Position numbers and translations under genes: made by a program
Assembly (NCBI GenBank): GCA_964626705.1
Contig: CAZVGL010000001.1
Span: forward strand, 87,643-151,642
DNA from: an uncultured Candidatus Saccharibacteria bacterium
GTDB lineage: Bacteria; Patescibacteriota; Minisyncoccia; Phycocordibacterales; UBA2163
DNA length: 64,000 nucleotides
Reading direction: 5' to 3'
Notes under the pieces: generated by a model
The model's database searches: none
What the model saw: the letters and a program-made list of their open reading frames with translations, nothing else
Told to the model about the DNA's origin: nothing
Shown here: piece after piece, positions 1 to 9,538 of the stretch
Numbering within the stretch: the stretch's first letter is position 1
Layout of the letters: every line of letters begins with the position of its first letter

Positions 1-650
1 TGTATGTTGTTCCTACGCTTACAAAAACTTTTAATGAGCTTGGTATGGATTTGCCAACTAGTACTAGAGCCATAATAGCAATAAGTGAATTTCTTACGAA
101 CAATACTATTACAGCACTATTCGTAGTTATACTATTTGGAGTCGTGGCAGTTTTAAGCTTTCGTTCAAAGAAAGGAAAAAGAATATTTGATTATGTAATA
201 CTTCGTATACCTATTATCTCTAATATCGCACGCGAGACAAATTCAGCAAGAACAACTCGTACATTGTCGTCTCTCTTGTCTTCTGGTGTAGAAGTTGTAA
301 ATGCTTTATCTATTACAAGAGATGTCGTGCAAAACTCTTATTATAAAGAGGTGCTTGAGCAGGCTAAAAAAGACATACAGAAAGGAAATCCATTGTCGAA
401 ATCATTTATGGTAAGTGAACGTATTTACCCAATACTCGTGTCTGAGATGATAGCTGTTGGTGAAGAGACTGGTCAATTGTCAGAAATGCTTCAGCAAATT
501 GCAGAGTTCTATGAAAATGAAGTTGAGCAAAAAACAAAAAACATATCCACAATCATTGAGCCGTTCTTAATGGTATTTATCGGTATAGTTGTAGGTTTTT
601 TCGCTATTTCTATGGTCTCTCCAATCTACTCTATCTCTTCAGGGATATAA
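1..650 (+). CDS. pilC: Type IV pilus / T2SS inner-membrane platform protein (PilC/GspF family), C-terminal portion; the 5' end lies outside the window
   Basis: The frame is open to the window edge. There is a GspF-domain helix pair (..IAVGEETGQLSEMLQQIAEFYE..) and a C-terminal TM segment. Prepilin genes follow directly. Confidence 0.8.
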   Translation, partial: YVVPTLTKTFNELGMDLPTSTRAIIAISEFLTNNTITALFVVILFGVVAVLSFRSKKGKRIFDYVILRIPIISNIARETNSARTTRTLSSLLSSGVEVVNALSITRDVVQNSYYKEVLEQAKKDIQKGNPLSKSFMVSERIYPILVSEMIAVGEETGQLSEMLQQIAEFYENEVEQKTKNISTIIEPFLMVFIGIVVGFFAISMVSPIYSISSGI

Positions 651-676
651 GAATAATTTTTTGCTACAATTAAAAG

Positions 677-1147
677 ATGAAAATAAAAACTAACAAAGGT
701 TCTTCTTTTACAGAAATACTAGTCATTATTGCTATATCTGTTCTTATTGTTGGCGGGGTAACCGCATCTTTTTCTGTTTTTAATAAAAGTCAAAATATAA
801 AAGGTGCGGTAAGCGAAATATCCTCCGAGCTTGATGAGGCACGTGCTTTAACTCTTGCGTCGTATGACAATACGGTATATGGAGTACATATAGAGTCAGA
901 TAAAGTTACCCTTTTTAAAGGCGATACATATTCTTCAGTTAGTGCAGATAATGAAGTTACAGAGCTTTCACCAAGAGTGTCTATCTCCGGTATTTCTTTG
1001 TCTGGTGGTGGAGATGACGTAATATTTCAGAGATTGACAGGTAAGACTGATCAATATGGCACCCTGACCGTTTCTTTAATCTCAGATATTACAGAAACAA
1101 AAGTGATCACCATACAAGAATCAGGGATAATAGAGTCTGATATATGA
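677..1147 (+). CDS. Type IV prepilin-like minor pilin
   Basis: The N-terminus KG|SSFTEILVIIAISVLIVGG has a class III signal peptide with Glu at +5 and a hydrophobic helix. It sits in tandem with other pilins. Confidence 0.65.
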   Translation: MKIKTNKGSSFTEILVIIAISVLIVGGVTASFSVFNKSQNIKGAVSEISSELDEARALTLASYDNTVYGVHIESDKVTLFKGDTYSSVSADNEVTELSPRVSISGISLSGGGDDVIFQRLTGKTDQYGTLTVSLISDITETKVITIQESGIIESDI

Positions 1148-1650
1148 TATTAAAACATAAACATAACAATGGCTTAGGGCTGATAGAAATAATTATAGGA
1201 ACAGCGATCATTTCTTTGTCTCTTGTTGGTCTTGTGACGGCTTTCAATGTATTTATGCGTACAGGTCTTTCAAATACAAATAAGATACAAGCAACATATA
1301 TTATGGAAGAAGGAGTCGAAGCTATAAGGTATTTAAGGGATGGTGGATATTCTTCAAATATAAATACACTAATTTCCGGAGTGCCGTATTATCTTTTATT
1401 TGATGGGTCGAACTGGAGTACAACTATTACGAGTAGTCTGATCGATAATAAATTTGATAGAACTATAACTATTGCGGATGTGTATCGTAGAGATTCAGAT
1501 GACGACATAGTAGATATATTATCTTCTGATCCAAAAACTCTTGATGGTAGTACTGTTCAAGCTACTGTTAAAGTTATGTGGGATGGCTTAGGAATAGCTC
1601 AAGAGGAGATAAGTTCAATAATATATCTTACAGATTTTTTTAATAATTAA
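1144..1650 (+). CDS. Type IV prepilin-like minor pilin / pseudopilin
   Basis: N-terminus NNG|LGLIEIIIGTAIISL matches the prepilin peptidase motif G|xxLIE. It overlaps the upstream gene by 4 nt. Confidence 0.65.
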   Translation: MILKHKHNNGLGLIEIIIGTAIISLSLVGLVTAFNVFMRTGLSNTNKIQATYIMEEGVEAIRYLRDGGYSSNINTLISGVPYYLLFDGSNWSTTITSSLIDNKFDRTITIADVYRRDSDDDIVDILSSDPKTLDGSTVQATVKVMWDGLGIAQEEISSIIYLTDFFNN

Positions 1651-1653
1651 TTT

Positions 1654-2151
1654 ATGGAATTTAAAAAGTTAAAAACAAAAGGATTTTCATTGCTTGAGTC
1701 GCTTGTATATATAGCAATATTGTCTGTAATGACGGTTATAATAATAAACATACTTATCTCAACCGCTAGCTCTTACGGTATGTTGCGACTTACAAGAAGT
1801 ATAAACAGCTCAGCCATATCATCTCTTGAAAGAATGACACGAGAAATAAAATCAGCAGATGATATCTCTGTAGCAGGAAGTGTTTTTGATACTCATCCAG
1901 GAAAGCTAGTAATAAATATTGGGTCTACAACAAGAGAATTTTATATTGATACTGGGGTGCTTAAAATAAAAGAAGATGACGTAGATAAAGGAGCTATAAC
2001 AAGAGATGGTATTACTGTAGATAGTATGGTGCTTAAGAATCTTGATAACGGCACCTCCAAAGCTATTCGAATAGAAATGACTCTTTTGGGGACACATCGC
2101 AATAGCACGATTACAAAGAAATTTTATTCTTTTGCTGTCTTAAGAAATTAA
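1654..2151 (+). CDS. Type IV prepilin-like minor pilin
   Basis: N-terminus KG|FSLLESLVYIAILSV has Glu at +5 followed by a hydrophobic helix. Confidence 0.7.
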   Translation: MEFKKLKTKGFSLLESLVYIAILSVMTVIIINILISTASSYGMLRLTRSINSSAISSLERMTREIKSADDISVAGSVFDTHPGKLVINIGSTTREFYIDTGVLKIKEDDVDKGAITRDGITVDSMVLKNLDNGTSKAIRIEMTLLGTHRNSTITKKFYSFAVLRN

Positions 2152-2152
2152 T

Positions 2153-3454
2153 ATGATAAAAAGATCAAATTATAAAAATAAAAAGATATTAACTAATGGC
2201 GGGCAAGCGATGATGATAGCTGTGATGTTTTTTCTTTCAGGAAGTCTTATTGTGCTAGGTGGTGTTGTATCTCCTGTGCTTAAGGATGTAAAAATTACAC
2301 GTAGCGTAATGGAGTCTAAACAAAGCATCTATATTTCAGAAAGTGGTGTAGAGGATTTGGTATATCGTGTAAAGAATGATATGAATTTTTCTAATACAGA
2401 AAATATTACTACAGGTGATGTTTCTGCAACAACTACAATAACAACAGTTGGTAGTAATAGGGAAGTTGTTTCTGTTGGAGATAAGGATAGTGTTATAAGA
2501 ATAATGAAAGCTGTCATTTCAGCTGGAGCAGGGGCTTCGTTTAACTATGCTCTACAAGCAGGAGATGGAGGTGTGGAGATGGAGAGTTATTCATATGTAT
2601 CTGGCAATGTTTTTTCTAATACTGAAATTGAAGGAGAGAGTTCAAATGTGGTTGATGGTGATGTAGTATCAGCAGGACCAGATGGACTTATAGATGATTT
2701 GAGCGTGACAGGAAGTGGATATGCTAATACTATAAGCGATTCCACTATTGATGTAGATGCTTATTATCAAAGTATTTCCGATACAGACGTGGGAGGGATG
2801 TCATACCCTGGAAGTCCAGACCAAACAACAGGAACTATGCCGATCTCTGATTCTCTTATAACTGACATTGAAACAGATGCTGCAAACGGAGGTACGATAA
2901 GTTCACCATGTCCTTATATTATAGATTCAGATGTAACACTTGGGCCTATTAAGATTAATTGTGATCTAGAAATAAATGATACTTCAGTGGTTACATTAGA
3001 GGGGAATATATGGGTTGTTGGAGATATTATTATGCGAAACTCAGCAATTATACAAATAGCGCCATCTTTGGGAGGAGATAGTGTTGTTGTGGTTGCTGAT
3101 GACCCTTTGGATAGAGAAGATAGTAGTACAATCTCTATTAAAAATAGCGTAACATTTGTAGGGTCTGGTTCGGAAGGTTCTTATGTAGTTATGATTTCGC
3201 AAAACAATGATGCAGAAAACGGAGGAGGTGAGGAAGCTATCGAAGTTAAAAACAGTGTCAGCGGAGATCTTGTTGTGTATGCTCCACACGGTAAAATCCA
3301 GATAAAAAACAGTGCTTATTCAAATGGAGCAGCTGGTTATGAGGTGGAGCTGAACAATAGCGGACACATAGATTATAATCCAGAGTTAACTAATCTGTTG
3401 TTTGCCGGAGACCTAGATGGTGGATTTAATTTAGATAGCTGGTTGGAGATTTAA
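2153..3454 (+). CDS. PilX-N-domain pilus assembly / minor pilin-associated protein
   Basis: The N-terminal GGQAMMIAVMFFLSGSLIVLGG helix is PilX_N-like. The rest is a large Ser/Thr/Asp/Gly-rich exposed domain. It is the last gene of the pilin cluster. Confidence 0.55.
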   Translation: MIKRSNYKNKKILTNGGQAMMIAVMFFLSGSLIVLGGVVSPVLKDVKITRSVMESKQSIYISESGVEDLVYRVKNDMNFSNTENITTGDVSATTTITTVGSNREVVSVGDKDSVIRIMKAVISAGAGASFNYALQAGDGGVEMESYSYVSGNVFSNTEIEGESSNVVDGDVVSAGPDGLIDDLSVTGSGYANTISDSTIDVDAYYQSISDTDVGGMSYPGSPDQTTGTMPISDSLITDIETDAANGGTISSPCPYIIDSDVTLGPIKINCDLEINDTSVVTLEGNIWVVGDIIMRNSAIIQIAPSLGGDSVVVVADDPLDREDSSTISIKNSVTFVGSGSEGSYVVMISQNNDAENGGGEEAIEVKNSVSGDLVVYAPHGKIQIKNSAYSNGAAGYEVELNNSGHIDYNPELTNLLFAGDLDGGFNLDSWLEI

Positions 3455-3471
3455 TGTGATAATATATAAAT

Positions 3472-4254
3472 ATGACTAAAAATAAGAAACTTATTATAGC
3501 TAATTGGAAACTTAATCCAAAGACTTTGAAAGATGCGAAAAAGCTTTTTTCTGATATTAAAAAGGTTGGAAGTACGACTAGAAATATACAAACGGTAATA
3601 TGTTCACCATCTATATATATAAATGAACTTAACAAAATGTATTCTGGACATAGAGTAGAAGTAGGAGCGCAGGACGTGTTTTGGGAGAATGAAGGTTCAC
3701 ACACAGGAGAGATCTCACCTGTCGCACTTAAAAGTGTGGGTGCAAAGTATGTGATAATAGGACATTCAGAAAGAAGGGCTCTTGGAGAAACTAATGTTGA
3801 TGTAAATAAAAAAGTAGTCGCGACCCTTAAAGAAGGGTTGAATGTAGTTTTGTGTATTGGAGAAAGTAAGAGAGATTCGCAGGCGCTTTATCTTAAATTT
3901 TTACAAGAAGAGCTAGAAAGTGCACTTATTGGTGTGCCCAAAAACCATCTTAAAAATTTGATAGTTACATATGAACCAGTGTGGGCAATAGGGAAAACTG
4001 CAGGCGATGCTGTGTCGTCACATCAGATGCATGAAATGTCCATTTTTATAAAAAAGATCTTAATAGGTTTGTATGGAAAGAATACAATGCAAAATGTGCC
4101 TATAATATACGGCGGTTCTGCAGAGCCAGGTAATGTAAGAGAATTGTTAGATAAAGGAGAGGTAGATGGTTTCCTTGTAGGGCATGCATCTCTTAAGGCG
4201 AGTGAGTTTAATGAAATTCTAAAAATAACAAATGAAAAAAATCCAAGAATCTAA
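3472..4254 (+). CDS. tpiA: Triosephosphate isomerase
   Basis: Motifs IIANWKLN, GHSERR, YEPVWAIGTG-like (VTYEPVWAIGKT) and YGGS are present; length 260 aa. Confidence 0.93.
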   Translation: MTKNKKLIIANWKLNPKTLKDAKKLFSDIKKVGSTTRNIQTVICSPSIYINELNKMYSGHRVEVGAQDVFWENEGSHTGEISPVALKSVGAKYVIIGHSERRALGETNVDVNKKVVATLKEGLNVVLCIGESKRDSQALYLKFLQEELESALIGVPKNHLKNLIVTYEPVWAIGKTAGDAVSSHQMHEMSIFIKKILIGLYGKNTMQNVPIIYGGSAEPGNVRELLDKGEVDGFLVGHASLKASEFNEILKITNEKNPRI

Positions 4255-5350
4255 AGATTTAAAAGGTAAAAAGGTGCTTTTAAGAAGTACTCTTAATGTT
4301 CCTATAAAGAATGAGAAAATAATTAATGATTTTCGCTTAAGAGCATCTTTAAAGACAATTAATTTTTTAAGAGATTCTGGCGCAAAAGTCATACTGATTG
4401 GTCATATAGGAAGAGGTCCTGAGTCACTACTTCCTGTATTTGAATATTTTAAAACTCAAATACCAACAATATCTTTTACACAAGAAGTATTGGGAGAAAA
4501 AACTAATTCTGCAATAGAGCAAATGAACGACGGTGACATAGTTATGCTTGAAAATCTAAGAGTAGATGATAGAGAGGTTGTAAATGATGATAGTTTTGCA
4601 AAAGAGCTTGCAGGTCTTGCAGATTTTTATGTAAATGACGCATTCTCTGTGTCACATAGAGAGCACGCTTCTGTTGTAGGTGTGCCAAAATATTTAGAAA
4701 GTTTTATAGGGATTTTGTTTCAAGAAGAGATGGATGAATTGTCGGAAGCGATAAATCCTCCAGCAGGGTCGCTTTGTATTTTAGGTGGTGCTAAGTTTAA
4801 TACAAAAGAGCCTATTATAAAAAAGATGATTAGCAAGTACGATAAAATATTTGTATTTGGCGCACTTGCTAATGACCTTTTTAAAGCGCGAGGTTTTAAT
4901 ATTGGAGTATCTTTGTCTTCAGATGTAGGTATTGATGTAAAAGAATTGGTACAAAATGAGAAAATCATAATACCATCTGACGTCACAGTTGAGAACAAAG
5001 AGGGTATATTTGTAAAAAAGCCAAATGAAGTATTGGCTGGTGATAATATAGTAGATGCAGGGCCAGAGACCATAGAAGGTCTTTCAAAAATAATTAATGA
5101 TGCTAAATTTATTTTATGGAACGGACCTCTTGGAGAGTATGAAAGAGGATTTGGTAAACATACAGAGCTTGTTGCACAAGTTATTGCAAATTCACCTGCA
5201 AAAACTCTAATAGGAGGAGGAGATACTATCGCCTCAACAGAGCATCTTGGGCTTGATGATAAATTCTCATTCATCTCTACAGCTGGTGGTGCAATGCTTA
5301 AGTTCTTGCTTGATGGCACGCTTGTTGGTATAGAAGTACTTAGAGATTAA
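4232..5350 (+). CDS. pgk: Phosphoglycerate kinase
   Basis: The N-terminus GKKVLLRSTLNVPI and hinge motifs are PGK-like; length 372 aa. It overlaps tpiA by 23 nt, consistent with translational coupling. Confidence 0.92.
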   Translation: MKKIQESKDLKGKKVLLRSTLNVPIKNEKIINDFRLRASLKTINFLRDSGAKVILIGHIGRGPESLLPVFEYFKTQIPTISFTQEVLGEKTNSAIEQMNDGDIVMLENLRVDDREVVNDDSFAKELAGLADFYVNDAFSVSHREHASVVGVPKYLESFIGILFQEEMDELSEAINPPAGSLCILGGAKFNTKEPIIKKMISKYDKIFVFGALANDLFKARGFNIGVSLSSDVGIDVKELVQNEKIIIPSDVTVENKEGIFVKKPNEVLAGDNIVDAGPETIEGLSKIINDAKFILWNGPLGEYERGFGKHTELVAQVIANSPAKTLIGGGDTIASTEHLGLDDKFSFISTAGGAMLKFLLDGTLVGIEVLRD

Positions 5351-5702
5351 TCTTAATTTTTTGTGCATTACCTTCAAAATCTTTTTTGTCACCCTTTGCT
5401 TCTTGTGGGTCTGGGAATATCCAAGTGTGCGCATGAGGAATCTCTTCTCCAACCACTTTCATATGTATAGCCTCTGTGCCAAATACTCCTTGCATTGCTT
5501 TGGCTATTTTTTGTACTACAAGTGAGTAGTTATCATAGTTTGGTATATCCCATACAAAACGATAGTGGTTTTTAGGGATTACTTGTACATGTCCGGGGGA
5601 TTGAGGGTTTATGTCAAGAAAAGCAAGGATATCAGAATCTTCATATACTTTGTGTGAAGGTATTTCTTCATTTATTATTTTGCAAAATAAGCAGTTATTC
5701 AT
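5340..5702 (-). CDS. HIT-family (histidine triad) nucleotide hydrolase
   Basis: MNNCLFCKIINEEIPSHKVYEDSDILAFLDINPQSPGHVQVIPKNHY plus the histidine-triad region IPHAHTWIFP. I moved the start to the internal Met at 5700-5702. The longer ORF to 5825 has no support and would approach the start of recJ. Confidence 0.8.
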   Translation of the reverse strand: MNNCLFCKIINEEIPSHKVYEDSDILAFLDINPQSPGHVQVIPKNHYRFVWDIPNYDNYSLVVQKIAKAMQGVFGTEAIHMKVVGEEIPHAHTWIFPDPQEAKGDKKDFEGNAQKIKINL

Positions 5703-5792
5703 GACTCTATTATAGCAAACGCTCCTCAAGGTCGCACCTTTGCTTCGCACAAGGAACGACCTTGTTCCGCGGTAATATGTTAAAATACGTAG

Positions 5793-7499
5793 ATGTCTAA
5801 ATATCCTATTCGTGAAGCAGTGCACGAAAATGATCTAAGTGAATTAAAAGAATATGGGGAGTTGATGCAACAACTTCTTTTTTATCGTGGTATTAAGACT
5901 AGGGATGAAGCGCGAGAGTTTCTCAATCCAAACTATGATACTCATGTACACGATCCATTTCTTTTGAAGAATATGAACAAAGCAGTAGAGAGAATACTTT
6001 CTGCTATAGAGAAAAAAGAGAAAATAGTTATCTATAGTGACTATGATTGCGATGGTATACCAGGCGGTGTAGTACTTCATGATTTTTTTAAAAAGATTGA
6101 GTATGAGAACGTAAGTAATCACATACCACATAGGCACGATGACGGTTATGGTTTTCACGCATCGGCAGTTGAAGAGTTCACGAAAGATAATGTGAAATTA
6201 ATTATCACAGTCGATTGTGGTATTGCAGATATAGAAACAGTAGAAAAAGCAAACGAGCTTGGTGTAGATGTGATAATTACTGACCATCATCTTGTTGGAA
6301 AGAAATTGCCAGATGCGTATGCAGTAATAGATCACAAACAAGATGGTGATGAATATCCAGATAAAAATATCTCTGGTGCAGGAGTGGCTTTTAAGCTTGT
6401 GCAAGCTTTAATACAAAAAGGAGATTTTGATATAAAAGAAGGTTGGGAAAAGTGGCTACTTGATATGGTGGGACTTGCAACAGTTGCTGACATGGTGCCT
6501 CTTATAGGAGAGAATAGGTCATTTGCCCACTTCGGTTTGAAAGTTCTACGTAAGTCGCCAAGGGTTGGGCTCATGAAGCTTTGTAAAAAAATAAAAGTAA
6601 ATCAAAAAGAAATAACAGAAGATGATATAGGGTTTATGATAGCTCCTCGTATCAATGCAGCTTCACGTATGGATTTGCCATATGATGCCTTTAAACTTCT
6701 TGTGACAGATGATGAGGTGCATGCAGGTGAGCTGTCTACGTATTTGGATAAAATAAATAACGAGAGAAAAGGTGTTGTAGCAAGTATTGTGAAAGAGATA
6801 AAAAAGAATATCAAAGCTTTAGATGATTTAGATAATGTAATAGTGATGGGTAATCCAGATTGGAAACCAGCACTTTTAGGACTTGTTGCAAATTCCATTG
6901 CTGAAGAGTATGACAAGCCGGTATTCCTTTGGGGGAGAGACGGTGGTGATGTGTTAAAAGGGTCTTGTAGGTCAGATGGCAAAGTAAACCTTGTTAGTAT
7001 GATGGAGATGGTAAAAGAGTCTTTTATAGGTTTTGGTGGGCATGCATATGCTGGAGGGTTTTCTATTAAGACAGAAGATGTACATACTCTTGGAAAGGTT
7101 TTGAGTGATGTGTACGAGAAAGCAAAAAAGTATCATGCAGACAATGTAGAAGAGATTTTTATAGACAAACATCTTGAAGTAGATGATGTGAGTTGGAATA
7201 CATATAGTGTTGTGGAAAAGTTTGCACCATTTGGTGTTGGTAATCCTAAACCACTTTTTCTATTCAACAGCATTTTAATTGACGAAGTTAATCATTTTGG
7301 TAAAGAGAAGAATCATCTTAAGCTTGAGTTTAAGAAAAATAATGGAAAGGTGGTTTCTGCAATAGCATTTTTTAAAACTAATGAAAGTTTTGAGAAGGCT
7401 CTAGAGAAGGGTGAAAGGATAAATTTGGTAGCAACTATGGAAAAATCAATGTTTCGTAACTTCCCAAAACTTCGATTGAGAATAGTAGACATTATTTAA
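5793..7499 (+). CDS. recJ: Single-stranded-DNA-specific exonuclease RecJ
   Basis: DHH motifs (YSDYDCDGIPGG, ITDHH) and a DHHA1 Gly-rich motif (GFGGHAYAGGF) are present; length 568 aa. Confidence 0.88.
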   Translation: MSKYPIREAVHENDLSELKEYGELMQQLLFYRGIKTRDEAREFLNPNYDTHVHDPFLLKNMNKAVERILSAIEKKEKIVIYSDYDCDGIPGGVVLHDFFKKIEYENVSNHIPHRHDDGYGFHASAVEEFTKDNVKLIITVDCGIADIETVEKANELGVDVIITDHHLVGKKLPDAYAVIDHKQDGDEYPDKNISGAGVAFKLVQALIQKGDFDIKEGWEKWLLDMVGLATVADMVPLIGENRSFAHFGLKVLRKSPRVGLMKLCKKIKVNQKEITEDDIGFMIAPRINAASRMDLPYDAFKLLVTDDEVHAGELSTYLDKINNERKGVVASIVKEIKKNIKALDDLDNVIVMGNPDWKPALLGLVANSIAEEYDKPVFLWGRDGGDVLKGSCRSDGKVNLVSMMEMVKESFIGFGGHAYAGGFSIKTEDVHTLGKVLSDVYEKAKKYHADNVEEIFIDKHLEVDDVSWNTYSVVEKFAPFGVGNPKPLFLFNSILIDEVNHFGKEKNHLKLEFKKNNGKVVSAIAFFKTNESFEKALEKGERINLVATMEKSMFRNFPKLRLRIVDII

Positions 7500-7610
7500 T
7501 GTTTCGTGAAATACATTTTTTCAAAAGTCCTCGGACTCCCTCGCTACGCTCGGCCAGACTTTTAAAAAAGTATATTTCACTCCACTAAGTATTAATGATA
7601 ATATGTTGTT

Positions 7611-8033
7611 ATGAAAGAAAAAATTACAATCTATACAGACGGAGGCTCACGCGGTAACCCAGGTCCGGCAGGTATCGGAGCTGTAGTTTTAGGGGTTGAA
7701 AACAAGGTTTTAAAAGAAGTTTCAAAGTTTCTTGGTAAGCAAACAAATAACTATGCAGAATACGAAGCTGTAGTAGAAGGTTTGCATGCGGTTAAAAAAA
7801 TACTTGGTAAATCGCTTAAGAATTTTGATATTGAGGTAAAGATGGACAGCCAGCTTGTGGCGCGCCAGCTCTCAGGCGAGTATCAGATAAAAGAAGAAAC
7901 ACTATTTGGACAATTTATAAAAATCCACAACATGCAGGTTAAAGATTTTCCACAAATCACATTCACATACATTCCTCGTGAACAAAACAAAGAAGCGGAC
8001 AGACTTGCAAATGAGGCAATGGATAAAGGATAA
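7611..8033 (+). CDS. rnhA: Ribonuclease HI
   Basis: IYTDGGSRGNPGPAGIGAVV is the RNase H fold signature, and the DEDD residue positions are present. Confidence 0.88.
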   Translation: MKEKITIYTDGGSRGNPGPAGIGAVVLGVENKVLKEVSKFLGKQTNNYAEYEAVVEGLHAVKKILGKSLKNFDIEVKMDSQLVARQLSGEYQIKEETLFGQFIKIHNMQVKDFPQITFTYIPREQNKEADRLANEAMDKG

Positions 8034-8035
8034 AA

Positions 8036-9487
8036 ATGAAACAAAATTATTTATATATCCTGATAGGTGGGTTTGCAGTGGGTATATTATTTCGGTCATT
8101 TTTTAATCTAGGTTTATCTTTCTCAATCTTTCTAATCGCACTTTCGGGTGTGATTTTTCTTTTTTATTATTTAAATAAAAACAAAGGACAGTCCTTTGTG
8201 TGGATAAGTATCTTTATACTTTTTGCTGGTGTTGGAGTATTGCGGTTTGATGTTGCAGATTTAAATAAGGGAAGTCTTGTGCTTGATGAAGTAGTAGGAC
8301 AAGAGGTTGTGTTAGAGGGGGTTGTCGTAGATGAGCCAGATGAGAGGGAAAATAATACGAGGCTAATTGTTAATTTCATTGATACTGGTAGTAAGGCTAT
8401 TATCACAGCAGATATACACCCAAGGTTTTCATATGGAGATAAAGTGAGTATAAATGGGGAGTTATTGAAGCCTAAAAATTTTGTAGGAGAAGACGGTGAT
8501 AGTTTTGACTATGTATCATATCTTGCAAAAGATGAGATCTTTTATCAAATGTTTTATCCAAATGTTGAGCTCATCTCAAGCGGACATGGCAATATTATAA
8601 AGCGCAATTTATTTGCATTTAAGCGTGTGTTTCTGGAGAAAGTAAGTAGAGTGATTCCTGATCCGCAAAGCTCGCTTCTAGGTGGGCTGGTAGTTGGGGC
8701 AAAGCAGTCGCTTGGTGAGGAGCTCCAAGAAGATTTTAGAAAAACTGGGATTATACACATTGTTGTTCTTTCTGGATATAACGTGACAATTGTTGCAGAA
8801 GCAATAATGCGTTTCTTTTCTTTCTTGCCGTATATGTTTGGTATCTCCGTCGGGGTAGTGTCTATTATTTTCTTTGCTATTATGACCGGAGGGTCTGCGA
8901 CCATAGTCCGTGCTTCTATGATGGCCATATTTGTATTGCTTGCACGCGCTACAGGAAGGACGCAGACTATAACGCGAGCATTGTTCTTAGCGGGTTTTCT
9001 GATGCTCTTGCACAATCCAAAAATCTTAGTCTTTGATTCTTCTTTTCAGCTTTCATTTACTGCAACACTTGCGCTTATATATTTAGCACCGAAGATAGAA
9101 AAACATTTTCATTTAGTACCCACTAGGTTTCAGCTAAGAGAATTCGCAGTCGCAACAGTTGCGACGCAGATCTTTGTATTGCCGATGATTCTTTACAAGA
9201 TGGGAACGCTCTCACTCGTAGCGCTTCCGGTGAATCTTCTTATATTAGTATTTGTACCGATAACTATGCTTTTTGGTTTTGTCACAGGCATGCTCGGATT
9301 CATCTCTACAGTCTTCTCATTACCATTTGCATTTATAACAAATTTTCTACTTACGTATCAGCTTAAAGTTGTAGACATTTTCGCATCACTACCATTTGCA
9401 TCTATAGAAATAAACTACTTCCCGATATGGATAGCAGTCCTAATTTACATAATCTACGGATTATTTCTGTGGAAGTGGAAAGATTAA
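8036..9487 (+). CDS. comEC: ComEC/Rec2 DNA-uptake channel, core only (DUF4131 + competence domain, no MBL domain)
   Basis: It is a polytopic membrane protein. The conserved ComEC block LLGGLVVGAKQSLGEELQEDFRKTGIIHIVVLSGYNVTIV is present. It carries one in-frame palindromic insert at 8181-8199. Confidence 0.82.
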   Translation: MKQNYLYILIGGFAVGILFRSFFNLGLSFSIFLIALSGVIFLFYYLNKNKGQSFVWISIFILFAGVGVLRFDVADLNKGSLVLDEVVGQEVVLEGVVVDEPDERENNTRLIVNFIDTGSKAIITADIHPRFSYGDKVSINGELLKPKNFVGEDGDSFDYVSYLAKDEIFYQMFYPNVELISSGHGNIIKRNLFAFKRVFLEKVSRVIPDPQSSLLGGLVVGAKQSLGEELQEDFRKTGIIHIVVLSGYNVTIVAEAIMRFFSFLPYMFGISVGVVSIIFFAIMTGGSATIVRASMMAIFVLLARATGRTQTITRALFLAGFLMLLHNPKILVFDSSFQLSFTATLALIYLAPKIEKHFHLVPTRFQLREFAVATVATQIFVLPMILYKMGTLSLVALPVNLLILVFVPITMLFGFVTGMLGFISTVFSLPFAFITNFLLTYQLKVVDIFASLPFASIEINYFPIWIAVLIYIIYGLFLWKWKD

Positions 9488-9518
9488 AAAAGCCACCGCT
9501 GTCGGGTGGCTCTTTTTC
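9486..9518. terminator. Bidirectional rho-independent terminator between comEC and the SOD gene
   Basis: The hairpin AGCCACC-GCTGTCG-GGTGGCT is flanked by an A-run and a T-run. Confidence 0.7.
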
Positions 9519-9538
9519 TTTCTTCTATTCTAATTATC

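Noticed and set aside
3426-3704. tRNA or rRNA genes anywhere in the window
   Set aside because: I scanned the intergenic regions for T-loop (GTTCRANYC) and D-loop signatures and for 16S/23S-like conserved strings and found nothing convincing. All longer intergenic regions are explained by terminators, promoters or the repeat families.
4720-5319. Many antisense or overlapping ORFs inside well-supported genes, including 4720-5319, 17178-17645, 6602-6982, 19991-20236, 23419-24012, 25546-25926, 56930-57583, 49910-50164 and 46546-47364
   Set aside because: Each lies wholly within and antisense to, or out of frame with, a gene that has strong homology. They have low-complexity composition and no RBS.
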